From NCBI GenBank assembly GCA_030747595.1, contig JASLKK010000001.1:242133-306132 (forward strand): 64,000 nucleotides of DNA, in the 5' to 3' direction. The DNA comes from Acidimicrobiales bacterium. Lineage in GTDB: Bacteria; Actinomycetota; Acidimicrobiia; Acidimicrobiales; MedAcidi-G1. The notes beneath the pieces were generated by a model. It was not told the DNA's origin and made no database searches. It saw nothing but the letters and a program-made list of their open reading frames with translations. The translations under genes and the position numbers were made by a program. Shown here piece by piece: positions 1 through 8,855 of this stretch (its first letter is position 1; every line of letters begins with the position of its first letter).

Positions 1-773
1 TGGTCGACCACCACGACCTCCACATCCGGGTACCGGGTGCGGTCGCGCAAGCTGGTCAGGCAGGCCTCCAGAAGGCGCCCCCGGTCCCGGGTCGGGACGA
101 CCACCGACACACGCGGCGGCGGGTCGCCAACCGGCCACCGGTAGCGAACCGGCACCGAGTCGGCATCGCGTAGCCGGACAGGACGTGATGCCAGCACGAA
201 CGGCAGGTGGTAGACCACCGCGCCGTCCAGGCCGGTTACCTGCTCGGAAGGCACCGTTCGGTGGCGGGCCACCAGGGCACCGATCCGACCTAGCCCGTCG
301 AACAGGTCCGGGTTCCAGTCGGGAAGGAAACACGGATCGGTTGGCCGCCCCCCATCATCGAGGTGGTCGTGGTCGGCGTACACCAGGCTCAGGCCCGGGT
401 CGGCATCTACGACCCGGGCAATGGTGGCCATCGCCGCCGGGTGGAGCACCACCCCTGCCTCCAAGTCCAACACCCAGTCGGCATCCTCGGCCTCTGACCC
501 GACCGCCCACTGTTTGTGCAACTGGGTCCCCAGGGACCCGACCGTGGCGGCTACCGCGTCTGGCGGTCCGTCGCCCACCGATACGGCGAACCGTGTCGCC
601 GACTGCCATCCGGCCACCACTTCTCGGTCCCGTTCCGTGAGGTCCACCCACCGATTCCGCCACTCTCCGTAGTCAATCGGGTCGTCGCGGGCTCCTAGGG
701 CGCCCCAGAGGCCCGCCAGGCGCCTCCAGAGCCGCCGGGCGAACCCGGCCAGGTCACCGGACCGCAGAAGCAT
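1..773 (-). CDS. Glycosyltransferase family 2 (multi-domain O-antigen/rhamnan-type), N-terminal part; continues beyond the left edge
   Basis: Absent from the ORF track because it has no stop inside the window. By hand translation the minus-strand frame is open from an in-frame stop at 873-875 down to base 1, with the first ATG at 773-771. Product reads MLLRSGDLAGFARRL...LVYADHDHLDDGGRPTDPCFLPDWNPDLF...PPPRVSVVVPTRDRGRLLEACLTSLRDRTRYPDVEVVVVD. This is the typical 'YxDxD..D..G.R..P.F.PDWNPDL' spacer followed by the start of a GT-A/GT2 core. Confidence 0.75.
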   Translation of the reverse strand, partial: MLLRSGDLAGFARRLWRRLAGLWGALGARDDPIDYGEWRNRWVDLTERDREVVAGWQSATRFAVSVGDGPPDAVAATVGSLGTQLHKQWAVGSEAEDADWVLDLEAGVVLHPAAMATIARVVDADPGLSLVYADHDHLDDGGRPTDPCFLPDWNPDLFDGLGRIGALVARHRTVPSEQVTGLDGAVVYHLPFVLASRPVRLRDADSVPVRYRWPVGDPPPRVSVVVPTRDRGRLLEACLTSLRDRTRYPDVEVVVVD

Positions 774-881
774 CCAGGCGCTCCTGAGCGTCCGACGGCG
801 GACGCCGAACGGTCGGAAAGCAGCCGGCACGACCCTCACTCTACGGGGGTGACCTGACCCGACTCGGTAGCCTCACAAACC

Positions 882-2246
882 GTGCAACCCACACGATTTG
901 TGATAATTGGCGGCGGCCCCGGAGGCAACACCGCTGCGAGCTATGCCGCCCGCCACGGCGCCGAAGTCGTAATGATCGAAAAGGACGTCGTCGGTGGCGC
1001 CGCCCACCTGTGGGACTGCATCCCGTCCAAGGCCATGATCGCCACCGGCGGTGCCATGTCGTTCCTGGCCCGGGCCGAGGGAATGGGCCTCGGCGACGTC
1101 AACCCCCGCATCGACGTAGACAACCTGGCCACCCGCCTGGCCACCATCGAACAGCGCCTGCACCGGTCCACGACCTCGCTGCTCGAAAGCCAGAACGTCC
1201 GCCTGATCGAGGGCACCGGCTCGCTCAAGGGCCCCCACCAGGTGGTGGCCGAAACAGCCGACGGCCTCGAGGAAATCGAAGCCGACGTAGTCGTTCTATC
1301 GACTGGCAGCCGTCCACGCATCCCCGACTGGGCACCCGTCGACGGCGAACGCGTCCTCACCACCCGCGACGCCTACCCACCCGATGAGATGCCCGAGCAC
1401 GCGATCATCATCGGCTCCGGCGTCACCGGCGTGGAGTTCGTCCACATGTTCGCATCGTTTGGCTGCGACGTCACCCTGGTGGTCAGCCGCCAACAGGTCC
1501 TCCCGGCCAAGGACCCTGAAGTCGCCGCCGCCCTCGAAGCCGACTTCCTACGTCGGAACGTCAAACTCTTCAAGGGGGCCCGGGCCCAGTCCGTCGAACG
1601 CGACGGCGACCGGGTCTCGGTGCACTGCGACGACGGCCGAATGGCCACCGGCAGCCACGTGATCCTGGCCGTCGGCTCCATCCCCAACAGTGAAGGCCTG
1701 GGCCTCGACACTGTCGGCATTGAAACGGACGGCGGCTACATACCCATCGACCCCTACTGCCGCACCAGTGTCCCGCACATCTACGCCGCCGGAGACGTTT
1801 CCGGCAAGCTCCCGCTCTCGTCGGTGGCCCAGATGCAGGGCCGCAAGATCGCCGAGCACGCCATGGGCGTCGTCGACGACCGATCCCATCGGGTCCTGGA
1901 CTACGACAAGGCCGCCTCAGCGGTATTCACCGAACCGGAAATCGCCGACGTGGGCCTCGCCGAGGCTGACGCCTTCGCCGAAGGCCGCAAGATCCGGGTC
2001 ACCAAGGTGCCGTTCTCGGCATCACCCAAGGCAATCATCAACGACGACCCGCGGGGCTTCATCAAAATCGTGTCCGACCCGGCCACCGGGGTGGTACTGG
2101 GTGGGTCCATTGTTGGGCGCCACGCCGCTGAACTCATCGCGATCGTGGCCCTGGCCGTCACCGCCGGGCTGACCGTGCACGACATCCAAGAGAGCCTGTT
2201 CGTGCACCCCACGTTGGCCGAGGCGCTGGCCGACGCCGCCGAGTAG
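882..2246 (+). CDS. Pyridine nucleotide-disulfide oxidoreductase, LpdA-like NAD(P)H-quinone/flavoprotein reductase (not a canonical lipoamide dehydrogenase)
   Basis: 454-aa ORF with a GTG start. FAD-binding GxGxxG (IIGGGPGG), an NAD site (IIGSGVTGVEF), and a C-terminal dimerisation region with HPTLAE. The redox-disulfide position reads GGAAHLWDCIPSK, so it has only one Cys instead of CxxxxC. Confidence 0.85.
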   Translation: MQPTRFVIIGGGPGGNTAASYAARHGAEVVMIEKDVVGGAAHLWDCIPSKAMIATGGAMSFLARAEGMGLGDVNPRIDVDNLATRLATIEQRLHRSTTSLLESQNVRLIEGTGSLKGPHQVVAETADGLEEIEADVVVLSTGSRPRIPDWAPVDGERVLTTRDAYPPDEMPEHAIIIGSGVTGVEFVHMFASFGCDVTLVVSRQQVLPAKDPEVAAALEADFLRRNVKLFKGARAQSVERDGDRVSVHCDDGRMATGSHVILAVGSIPNSEGLGLDTVGIETDGGYIPIDPYCRTSVPHIYAAGDVSGKLPLSSVAQMQGRKIAEHAMGVVDDRSHRVLDYDKAASAVFTEPEIADVGLAEADAFAEGRKIRVTKVPFSASPKAIINDDPRGFIKIVSDPATGVVLGGSIVGRHAAELIAIVALAVTAGLTVHDIQESLFVHPTLAEALADAAE

Positions 2247-2271
2247 GAACCATCGGGCCGGGCCGGACAGC

Positions 2272-2288
2272 GACCCGTTCGACGGGTC
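2272..2288. terminator. Possible bidirectional hairpin between convergent genes
   Basis: gacccgt-tcg-acgggtc: a 7-bp perfect stem with a 3-nt loop. It lies between the stop of the 882-2246 gene and the stop of accA. There is no U-tract and the loop is very tight, so this is weak. Confidence 0.25.
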
Positions 2289-4085
2289 CTATTCGATTAC
2301 CACCACCACGTCGCCGGAACCCACCGAGTCACCCGGCCCGACCAGGACCTCGGTCACTGTGCCGGCCTTGTCGGCCGCCACGTTGTTCTCCATCTTCATG
2401 GCCTCCAACACGCAGACCGGATCGCCGGCGTCCACGGAGTCGCCCACAGCGACCAGCACCTTGATGATGGTGCCCTGCATCGGAACTGCCACCCGACCGT
2501 TTCCCAGATTGCCGGCGCCGCCTCCTGACCGCTTGGCCCGGGTACGGGCGGCAGGCCCGACAGTCGGCGCGGCTTCCGGCACCCACATGCTCACCGCGAA
2601 GCGGCGCCCGTCGACCTCGACGGAGATGTCCTGGCGAACCGTCGACACGTCGTCGGTGCCGGCCGGGCAGGCATCAGCTGAGACGTCGGATAGGTCCAGC
2701 GTCTCTTCCACCCACTTGGTGGAGTGGGCGACCGCGGAGAAGTCGGGATGTTCCAAGATGGCGATGTCGGCCGGGATGGTGGTGGCCACGCCCCGGATCT
2801 CGAAGTCGGCCAGGGCCCGCAGGGTCCGGCGGATGGCCACATCGCGGCTGCGACCCCAGACCACGAGCTTGCCGACCAGGTTGTCGTAGTACTGGCTGAC
2901 CTCGTCGCCCGCTTCGTAGCCGCCGTCGAACCGGATGCCGAAGCCGTCGGGCACCCGGAGCGCGTCGATCCGACCCGGACTGGGCAGGAACGCCCCGCCG
3001 GCCGGGTCTTCAGCGTTGATGCGCACCTCGATGGCATGACCGGTGATGGTGACGTCGTCCTGGCCGAAGTCCAGTGGTTCGCCCGAGGCGATCCGGAGCT
3101 GTTGTTCGACGAGGTCAAGCCCGGTCACCAACTCGGTCACCGGATGCTCGACCTGGAGTCGGGTGTTCATTTCGAGGTAGTGGAAGGCCCCATCCTCGTA
3201 GAGGAACTCGACTGTGCCGGCGTTGGTGTATCCGCATCCCAAAGCCACGGCGACAGCCGCTTCGCCCATGGCGGTCCGCACGTCGTCGGGAAGATCGGGA
3301 GCGGGCGCCTCCTCGATGAGCTTCTGGTGGCGACGCTGGGCCGAGCAGTCACGTTCGCCGAGGTAGACGGCGTTGCCGTGGGTGTCGGCCAGTACCTGGA
3401 TCTCGATATGGCGGGGAGCGGTCAGGTACCGCTCCATGTAGATCTCGTCGCGGGCAAAGTAGGCCAACGCCTCGCGTTGGGCTGATTCGATGGCATCGGC
3501 GATAGCCGACTCGTCGGCCACCACTTTCATCCCCCGGCCGCCGCCGCCGTAGGCCGCCTTGATGGCTATCGGGTAGCCGTGTTCGGCGCCAAACGCCCGC
3601 ACCTGGTCGGGGTCGGTGATGAAGTCGGTGGTGCCCGGAACGCTGTGGACGCCGACCTTCTCAGCGGCCAACCGGGCGCTGATCTTGTCGCCCATCACCT
3701 CGATGGCCTCCGGGGGCGGGCCGATGAAGGTCACCCCGCGGTCAGTCACCGCCCGGGCGAAGTCGGCATTCTCCGAGAAGAAGCCGTAGCCGGGATGCAC
3801 CGCGTCGGCGCCGCTCCGGTCGATGGCCGAAAGGATGGCCTCGGTGTCGAGGTAGCTCTCGGCGGCTGTCTGACCCCCGAGGGCGTAGGCCTCGTCGGCT
3901 AGACGGGCATGGAGGGCGTCACGGTCGAGATCGGAGTAGACGGCGACCGTGGCCACGCCCATCTCCCGGCACGCCCGGATGACCCGGACGGCGATTTCGC
4001 CGCGGTTTGCGATCAGTACCTTGGTGAACACGTCCCTATCATCGCCCGAATGGGAGGTCCTACGCACCCCCGAAGGGGCGAACAT
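2289..4085 (-). CDS. accA: Acetyl/propionyl-CoA carboxylase alpha subunit (biotin carboxylase + biotin carboxyl carrier domains)
   Basis: 598-aa ORF. Biotin carboxylase N-terminus KVLIANRGEIAVRVIRA, an ATP-grasp region (GGGGRGM), and a C-terminal biotinyl-lysine motif EAMKMEN. The true start may be the GTG about 19 codons in (around 4028), just before VFTKVLIANRG. Confidence 0.93.
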   Translation of the reverse strand: MFAPSGVRRTSHSGDDRDVFTKVLIANRGEIAVRVIRACREMGVATVAVYSDLDRDALHARLADEAYALGGQTAAESYLDTEAILSAIDRSGADAVHPGYGFFSENADFARAVTDRGVTFIGPPPEAIEVMGDKISARLAAEKVGVHSVPGTTDFITDPDQVRAFGAEHGYPIAIKAAYGGGGRGMKVVADESAIADAIESAQREALAYFARDEIYMERYLTAPRHIEIQVLADTHGNAVYLGERDCSAQRRHQKLIEEAPAPDLPDDVRTAMGEAAVAVALGCGYTNAGTVEFLYEDGAFHYLEMNTRLQVEHPVTELVTGLDLVEQQLRIASGEPLDFGQDDVTITGHAIEVRINAEDPAGGAFLPSPGRIDALRVPDGFGIRFDGGYEAGDEVSQYYDNLVGKLVVWGRSRDVAIRRTLRALADFEIRGVATTIPADIAILEHPDFSAVAHSTKWVEETLDLSDVSADACPAGTDDVSTVRQDISVEVDGRRFAVSMWVPEAAPTVGPAARTRAKRSGGGAGNLGNGRVAVPMQGTIIKVLVAVGDSVDAGDPVCVLEAMKMENNVAADKAGTVTEVLVGPGDSVGSGDVVVVIE

Positions 4086-4133
4086 CGGTCACAGGCCGAC
4101 TCGACATCTGCCGGAGGACGATCAGATGCTGGC

Positions 4134-4904
4134 GTGCCGCCCCGTTTCCGGATCGAGACGGTGGCTGAAACCGGATCAACCAATGCCGATCTGGTGGCCC
4201 GGGCCGCCGCCGGCGCGCAGGACGGCCTGGTGTTACGGACCGACCACCAGACGGCGGGTCGGGGCCGCCTGGACCGCCGCTGGAACGCCCCACCAGGTAC
4301 CAACCTGCTCTTCTCGGTGCTGCTCCGCCCCGACTGGCCGGTCGAACGGTTCACCCTGGTGACCTCGGGACTGGCCGTGGCGTTGGTCGACGCCCTGGGA
4401 CCGCTGTTCGAAACGAAAGCCGTCGACGTCGAAGCCATGGTCAAGTGGCCCAACGACGTCGTGCTGTTCGACCGGGAGACCGGTTTGCTGCAGGGCAAGG
4501 TGGCGGGGATCCTGGCCGAGATGGTTGCCGGACCGGCTGCGGTGGTCGGCATGGGGGTCAACGTTTCCTGGCCGGGCCCCGACGATCCGGCGCCACCGGG
4601 AGCGGTCTCCCTGGTCGGAGTCGGTGCGGAGGTTGACCCGTCGGTCCTGCTGGACAATGTGCTGTGGTCTCTGGACCGACACCTGACCACGCTGGGCGGC
4701 CCCGACGGTCCAACGGCGCTCAGCGAGGCTCATCGGGAGCGTTCGGCCACCATTGGTCGGAACGTACGCGTCGAGCGCGACGGGGACGACCTGACGGGCA
4801 GGGCGGTCGACGTGGCTGTCGACGGTGCGCTGGTGGTCGAGGTGGCCGACGGATCGACCGTCGAGGTGCTGGCCGGCGACGTGGTCCACCTGCGGGCGGA
4901 CTGA
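4134..4904 (+). CDS. birA: Biotin-[acetyl-CoA-carboxylase] ligase (group I BirA, no N-terminal HTH)
   Basis: Motifs RTDHQTAGRGRLDRRWNAPPGTNLLFSVLL and KWPNDV. The track ORF starts at 3909, but that start would overlap divergent accA. The GTG at 4134 (V-PPRFRIETVAETGSTN) is the first start clear of accA, and the ATG at 4050 is an alternative. Start is uncertain. Confidence 0.85.
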   Translation: MPPRFRIETVAETGSTNADLVARAAAGAQDGLVLRTDHQTAGRGRLDRRWNAPPGTNLLFSVLLRPDWPVERFTLVTSGLAVALVDALGPLFETKAVDVEAMVKWPNDVVLFDRETGLLQGKVAGILAEMVAGPAAVVGMGVNVSWPGPDDPAPPGAVSLVGVGAEVDPSVLLDNVLWSLDRHLTTLGGPDGPTALSEAHRERSATIGRNVRVERDGDDLTGRAVDVAVDGALVVEVADGSTVEVLAGDVVHLRAD

Positions 4905-4946
4905 ACCGGGCCGCCAGATCGCCAGTCGCCGATCAGGGGCCGGCGA

Positions 4947-5849
4947 TTAGGGATCTGGGATGTGGGCCTCGAGGTCGTCGAACGCCTCAGCGACCCGGGC
5001 AGTCATCGGTCCCGGCGCCGGATCGAAGGTGGCCTTGACCTCACCGGTGACCGCCGAGATGGCGCTCACGTTGCGGGTGGCCGACGTCAGGAAGGCCTCG
5101 TCGGCTCTCAGGAGCTCGTCCGGGTCGACATCGCGGACCTCCACCTCACCGACCGAGGTGATCAGTGGCTCGCGCCCGGCCAGTTCCAGGACCAGACCGC
5201 GGGTTACTCCGGCCAGACAGCCTGACGACAGCGGCGGGGTGACCAGTCGACCGTCGACGACCAGGAACAGGTTTGTTCCCGTGCCCTCGCACAGCATCCC
5301 GGCAGTGTTGCGGAACAGTGCCTCGGTGCATCCGGCCCGCTGGGCGGTGGCCAGGGCCATGGCGTTCTCGGCATACGACGTCGTCTTGAGGCCGGTCAGT
5401 GCGCATTCCTCGTTGCGTGCCCACGGCACCAGGTGCACCTGCTCGGCGGTGGGCCAGACGTTGCCCCCGGAGGTGGACACGACGAGCGTGCCCGGGCCGC
5501 CTCCGCGTCCCGACCCGAGCGGACCGGGACCACTGGACCACGTGATCCTGAGCAGGCCGGCAGCCGGATCGGCGGTCAGCACGTCGTCGATGGCCGTCCG
5601 GATCAGGCCCTCGCTGGGCTCGGCGAGGCCGAGGCCCGATGCGGACCGGACGAGTCGGCGGAGGTGTCGGCTGAGGGCGAACGGTACGCCGCCCACCACC
5701 TTGGTGGTCTCGAACACGCCGTCGCCCACCACGATGGCGTGGTCGTCGGCCCGCAGGGCGGCTTCGCCGGGCGCCAGCAGGCGTCCATCCACCCAGCTCA
5801 CTCCCGTAGCGGCGGAAGATGCAGCGTCGTGGGCGGTCGGATCGGCCAT
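4947..5849 (-). CDS. Class IV (fold type IV) PLP aminotransferase, aminodeoxychorismate lyase-like
   Basis: 300-aa ORF. Contains GDGVFETTKV, the candidate PLP-lysine context GLKTTSYAENAMA, and GCLAGVTRGLVLE typical of the PabC/IlvE/DAAT family. The exact substrate cannot be assigned. Confidence 0.75.
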   Translation of the reverse strand: MADPTAHDAASSAATGVSWVDGRLLAPGEAALRADDHAIVVGDGVFETTKVVGGVPFALSRHLRRLVRSASGLGLAEPSEGLIRTAIDDVLTADPAAGLLRITWSSGPGPLGSGRGGGPGTLVVSTSGGNVWPTAEQVHLVPWARNEECALTGLKTTSYAENAMALATAQRAGCTEALFRNTAGMLCEGTGTNLFLVVDGRLVTPPLSSGCLAGVTRGLVLELAGREPLITSVGEVEVRDVDPDELLRADEAFLTSATRNVSAISAVTGEVKATFDPAPGPMTARVAEAFDDLEAHIPDP

Positions 5850-5941
5850 CGGCGCAGGCTAGGGCGCCCGCGCCTTCCGATGGGGTCGTGCCGTGCGGGG
5901 GCGCCCGGGTGGGTCCGAAGGCCACTGGTAACCTGAGCAGC

Positions 5942-7672
5942 GTGTCGGACGGACCTGCCGACGGACCTGTCGACGGGCCTGCAGATGGGCCTGATTCCGT
6001 CGAGGCGCCGTCCCCCCATGTGGTGGCCCCCCATGCCACGGTTGCGCCCCCTGACGGGCCTCCTGCCCGAGAAGCCGCCCCTGAGACCGCCTACCGGCGA
6101 ACCTGGCCCCAGCGACTGCTGATCGCGGCCAACGTGGCGCTGGCTGCCGGCCTGTTCTTCGGGGCGTACCGTCTGGCCTCCTTCGAGGCGGCGGTGGGCA
6201 GCATCATCCGGATCGAAGTGCCGGCCGGAGTGCTGGCCGATCTCGACGTGCCGATCGGCGCCGACGGCACCGAGGACGACGGCGGCTCCTCAGCCGACCC
6301 GGTGGCCGCCGAATCCGACGAGGACCGTCCGTCACCTCCGCGCAACATCCTGCTGATCGGCACCGACAGCGCGGTGGGACTCGACGACGACGACCCTGCC
6401 GGCTGGCGGGACCGCACGCCCGGGGTGGCACTCGCCGACGCCATCATGCTGCTGCGCCTGGATCCGCATCTGGGCACCGCCTCGTTGGTCTCGTTGCCCC
6501 GGGACCTCTACGTGATGATCCACCGCGAGGGAGTGCCAGTCCGCGAGGAGAAGCTGGCTTCGGCACTGCTGGTCGGAGGCATGGAACTCGGCGCCCCGAC
6601 GCTCGTCGAAACGGTGACCAGGAACTTCGGCGTCCCCATCCACAACTTCGTGGTCATCGATTTCCTGGGCTTCGAGGCCGTAGTGGACGAGATCGGTGGG
6701 GTACCAGTGTGGTTCCCCCATCCGGCCCGTGACGTGGCCTCAGGCCTCTACATCACAGAGGCCGGGTGCACCTCCTTGGACGGACGGGCGTCGTTGTCCT
6801 TCGTGCGGAGCCGCAAGCTGGAACTCTTCGTGGATGGCCGCTGGCAACGGGTCGGCGTGTGGAACGACCTGGAACGGAACCAGCGCCAGCAGGACTTTCT
6901 GACCCTGGCCCTCGAACGGGTGGCCGACACCGGTGCCCGATCGATGATCGTGCGCGACGACCTCATCGAGGCGGCCGCCCGGTCGGTGGTGCTCGACGAC
7001 CGCCTCACCCTGCGGACCCTCCTCAACCTGGGCAACGCGTTCGCCGGCTTCGACCCGTCAGACCTCGGACGTCATGTGCTGCCCGTCTACGACGACACGG
7101 TGGGGTCCGCCTCGGTGCTGCGGCTCCGGTCCGACGCCCGCCGGGTGTTCGACGTGTTCCGGGGAATCACGCTGCGACCTGAGGACGTGCCCGTCGTCGT
7201 CGTCGATGGACGGGGTCCGGTCGACGAGTCGGTGCCGGCCCACACCCAACTGAGGCTCAAGGGCTTCCCGATCGAGGCCGAGCCGGGCGCCACGGTGGCC
7301 TCCACCACCGTCCGGGCGCATCGCGACCGGTTCGCGGCGGCCGTGCTGGTAGCCCAGATGCTCACCCCCACCCCCCGGTTCGACTTCGTAGACGACCCGG
7401 CGTTCGGCGACCGCGTGGAACTCACCCTCGGGGAGGACTTCGCCTCCTTCCTGCTGGTACCCCGGGCCCTGCGCGAGGTCGATGCCTTGGCACGAGCGAC
7501 CCTTCCGCTCCGGGTTGACGAGGAGGAGACCTCGGCGCCAGAACCGGCATCGGTGGTGGGCATGGCCGCCTGGGAAGCCGACACCCTTCCCGTTCGCGCC
7601 GGGATGCGGGTACCGACCGAGGTCCGGACCACGTTCGATGGTCGTCGACCCGATGGTTCGGCGTGCTCCTGA
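5942..7672 (+). CDS. LytR-CpsA-Psr (LCP) family glycopolymer ligase with a C-terminal LytR_C-like domain
   Basis: One TM helix (LLIAANVALAAGLFFGAY). LCP core NILLIGTDS...ADAIMLLRLDP...SLVSLPRDLYV...SFVRSR. The start is uncertain: the track gives 5819, which overlaps the upstream convergent gene, so the GTG at 5942 is used here. Confidence 0.85.
   Translation: MSDGPADGPVDGPADGPDSVEAPSPHVVAPHATVAPPDGPPAREAAPETAYRRTWPQRLLIAANVALAAGLFFGAYRLASFEAAVGSIIRIEVPAGVLADLDVPIGADGTEDDGGSSADPVAAESDEDRPSPPRNILLIGTDSAVGLDDDDPAGWRDRTPGVALADAIMLLRLDPHLGTASLVSLPRDLYVMIHREGVPVREEKLASALLVGGMELGAPTLVETVTRNFGVPIHNFVVIDFLGFEAVVDEIGGVPVWFPHPARDVASGLYITEAGCTSLDGRASLSFVRSRKLELFVDGRWQRVGVWNDLERNQRQQDFLTLALERVADTGARSMIVRDDLIEAAARSVVLDDRLTLRTLLNLGNAFAGFDPSDLGRHVLPVYDDTVGSASVLRLRSDARRVFDVFRGITLRPEDVPVVVVDGRGPVDESVPAHTQLRLKGFPIEAEPGATVASTTVRAHRDRFAAAVLVAQMLTPTPRFDFVDDPAFGDRVELTLGEDFASFLLVPRALREVDALARATLPLRVDEEETSAPEPASVVGMAAWEADTLPVRAGMRVPTEVRTTFDGRRPDGSACS
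5948..5995 (+). repeat. In-frame 12-bp tandem repeat x4 (encodes DGPA-DGPV-DGPA-DGPD) in the cytoplasmic tail of the LCP protein
   Basis: gacggacctgcc / gacggacctgtc / gacgggcctgca / gatgggcctgat, read directly from the sequence. Confidence 0.9.
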
Positions 7673-7700
7673 TCGCGCCGGTGGCGGCCAGGCGACGGTC

Positions 7701-8855
7701 ATGACGACCCTTCGGGTGGCCTTCCTGCTCGAACAAGCCTGGCACCGGGTACCCGGCGGCACCGCGGTAGCCGCCGTCGAATCGGCCCGTGCCCTGGCCG
7801 AGCGCAAGGACGTGGACCTGGTGGGCCTCACCGCCAGGCACCATTCGGGTGACCTGCCGCCGCTACTGGCCAGTACCGACGGTGGGCCTGCCGGGTCAAC
7901 GGTCGCCTTCCAGGAAGGGTCACTGGTCGGTTCGCGCCTACCCAGGCCCGTCCTCTACGAGGCATGGCACCGGACCGGGCGGCCACGGGTCGACCGGATG
8001 TCCGGATTCTCCGGCGTACCACCCGACGTGGTGCACGCCTCAGGGGGTGCCGTCCCGGCGACCGGCGCCCCGCTGGTGGCCACCATCCACGATCTGGCCT
8101 GGCGGCGGCATCCCGAGGCGGCGACCCGCCGGGGGCGGCGGATGTTCGAGGGCTGGCTGGCCGATGCCCGTCGGGCCGACCGGATCGTCTGCCCGTCGGA
8201 GAGCACCCGCCACGACCTGGTCGACGCCGGCTTTGACGACGGCCGGATCCGGGTGGTGCCCCTCGGCGTGGTTCCAACCCACGTGGAACCCGGCCTGCCG
8301 GGTCGCCTCCGGAGCCGGTACGGCATTGACGGTCCGTTCGTCCTGTGGGTGGGCACCCTCGAACCCCGCAAGAACCTGGATCGCCTAGTGGCCGCCATGT
8401 CGGCGTCGGCCACGCTGACCGACGTGGCCCTGGTGCTGGTGGGACCCGAGGGTTGGCGGACCGACGTGGCCCGGACCGTGGAGCCGCTGGGGGAGCGAGC
8501 AGTTGTCGTCGGATCGGTGGACGAGTCCGAGAAGCGAGCCTGGTACGAGGCGGCCGACGTCTTCTGCCTTCCCAGCCTGCACGAGGGCTTCGGCCTCCCG
8601 GTGCTGGAGGCCATGGCCCACGGAACTCCGGTGGTCACCTCGGCCGGGACGGCCACCGGTGAAGTAGCCGGCGACGACGCGCTGCTGGTGGATCCGACCG
8701 ACGTGGGGGCCATTGCCGAGGCGCTGTCCACCGTGCTGGCCAACGCAGCGACAGCCGACCGCCTCGCTGCAGCCGGCCGGATTCGGGCCGCCGCCCACCC
8801 ATGGTCGAGGACGGCCGAAGGCCTGGTCGACGTCTACCGGGAGGTGGTCCGATGA
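7701..8855 (+). CDS. Glycosyltransferase family 4 (GT-B)
   Basis: Start chosen at the ATG at 7701 (MTTLRVAFLLEQAW), because the ORF's upstream extension is Arg/Pro-rich junk. C-terminal GT4 signature PSLHEGFGLPVLEAMAHGTPVVTS. Confidence 0.85.
   Translation: MTTLRVAFLLEQAWHRVPGGTAVAAVESARALAERKDVDLVGLTARHHSGDLPPLLASTDGGPAGSTVAFQEGSLVGSRLPRPVLYEAWHRTGRPRVDRMSGFSGVPPDVVHASGGAVPATGAPLVATIHDLAWRRHPEAATRRGRRMFEGWLADARRADRIVCPSESTRHDLVDAGFDDGRIRVVPLGVVPTHVEPGLPGRLRSRYGIDGPFVLWVGTLEPRKNLDRLVAAMSASATLTDVALVLVGPEGWRTDVARTVEPLGERAVVVGSVDESEKRAWYEAADVFCLPSLHEGFGLPVLEAMAHGTPVVTSAGTATGEVAGDDALLVDPTDVGAIAEALSTVLANAATADRLAAAGRIRAAAHPWSRTAEGLVDVYREVVR

Noticed and set aside
185-698. Four overlapping ORFs at the left edge (185-640 +, 355-663 -, 421-672 +, 516-698 +).
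   Set aside because: None is in the frame that yields the GT2 motifs. The real gene here is the minus-strand frame open to base 1 (feature 1-773), so these are GC-driven artefacts.
3909-4133. Upstream extension of birA as given in the ORF track (start 3909).
   Set aside because: It would overlap the 5' end of the divergent accA gene by more than 100 nt. It encodes no BirA-like sequence, and the conserved region begins only after about 4134.
4926-4946. tcgccg-(9 nt)-cggcga hairpin between the convergent birA and the aminotransferase gene.
   Set aside because: It has a 6-bp stem with a 9-nt loop and no U-tract, and it is adjacent to a stop codon. This is too weak to call a terminator.
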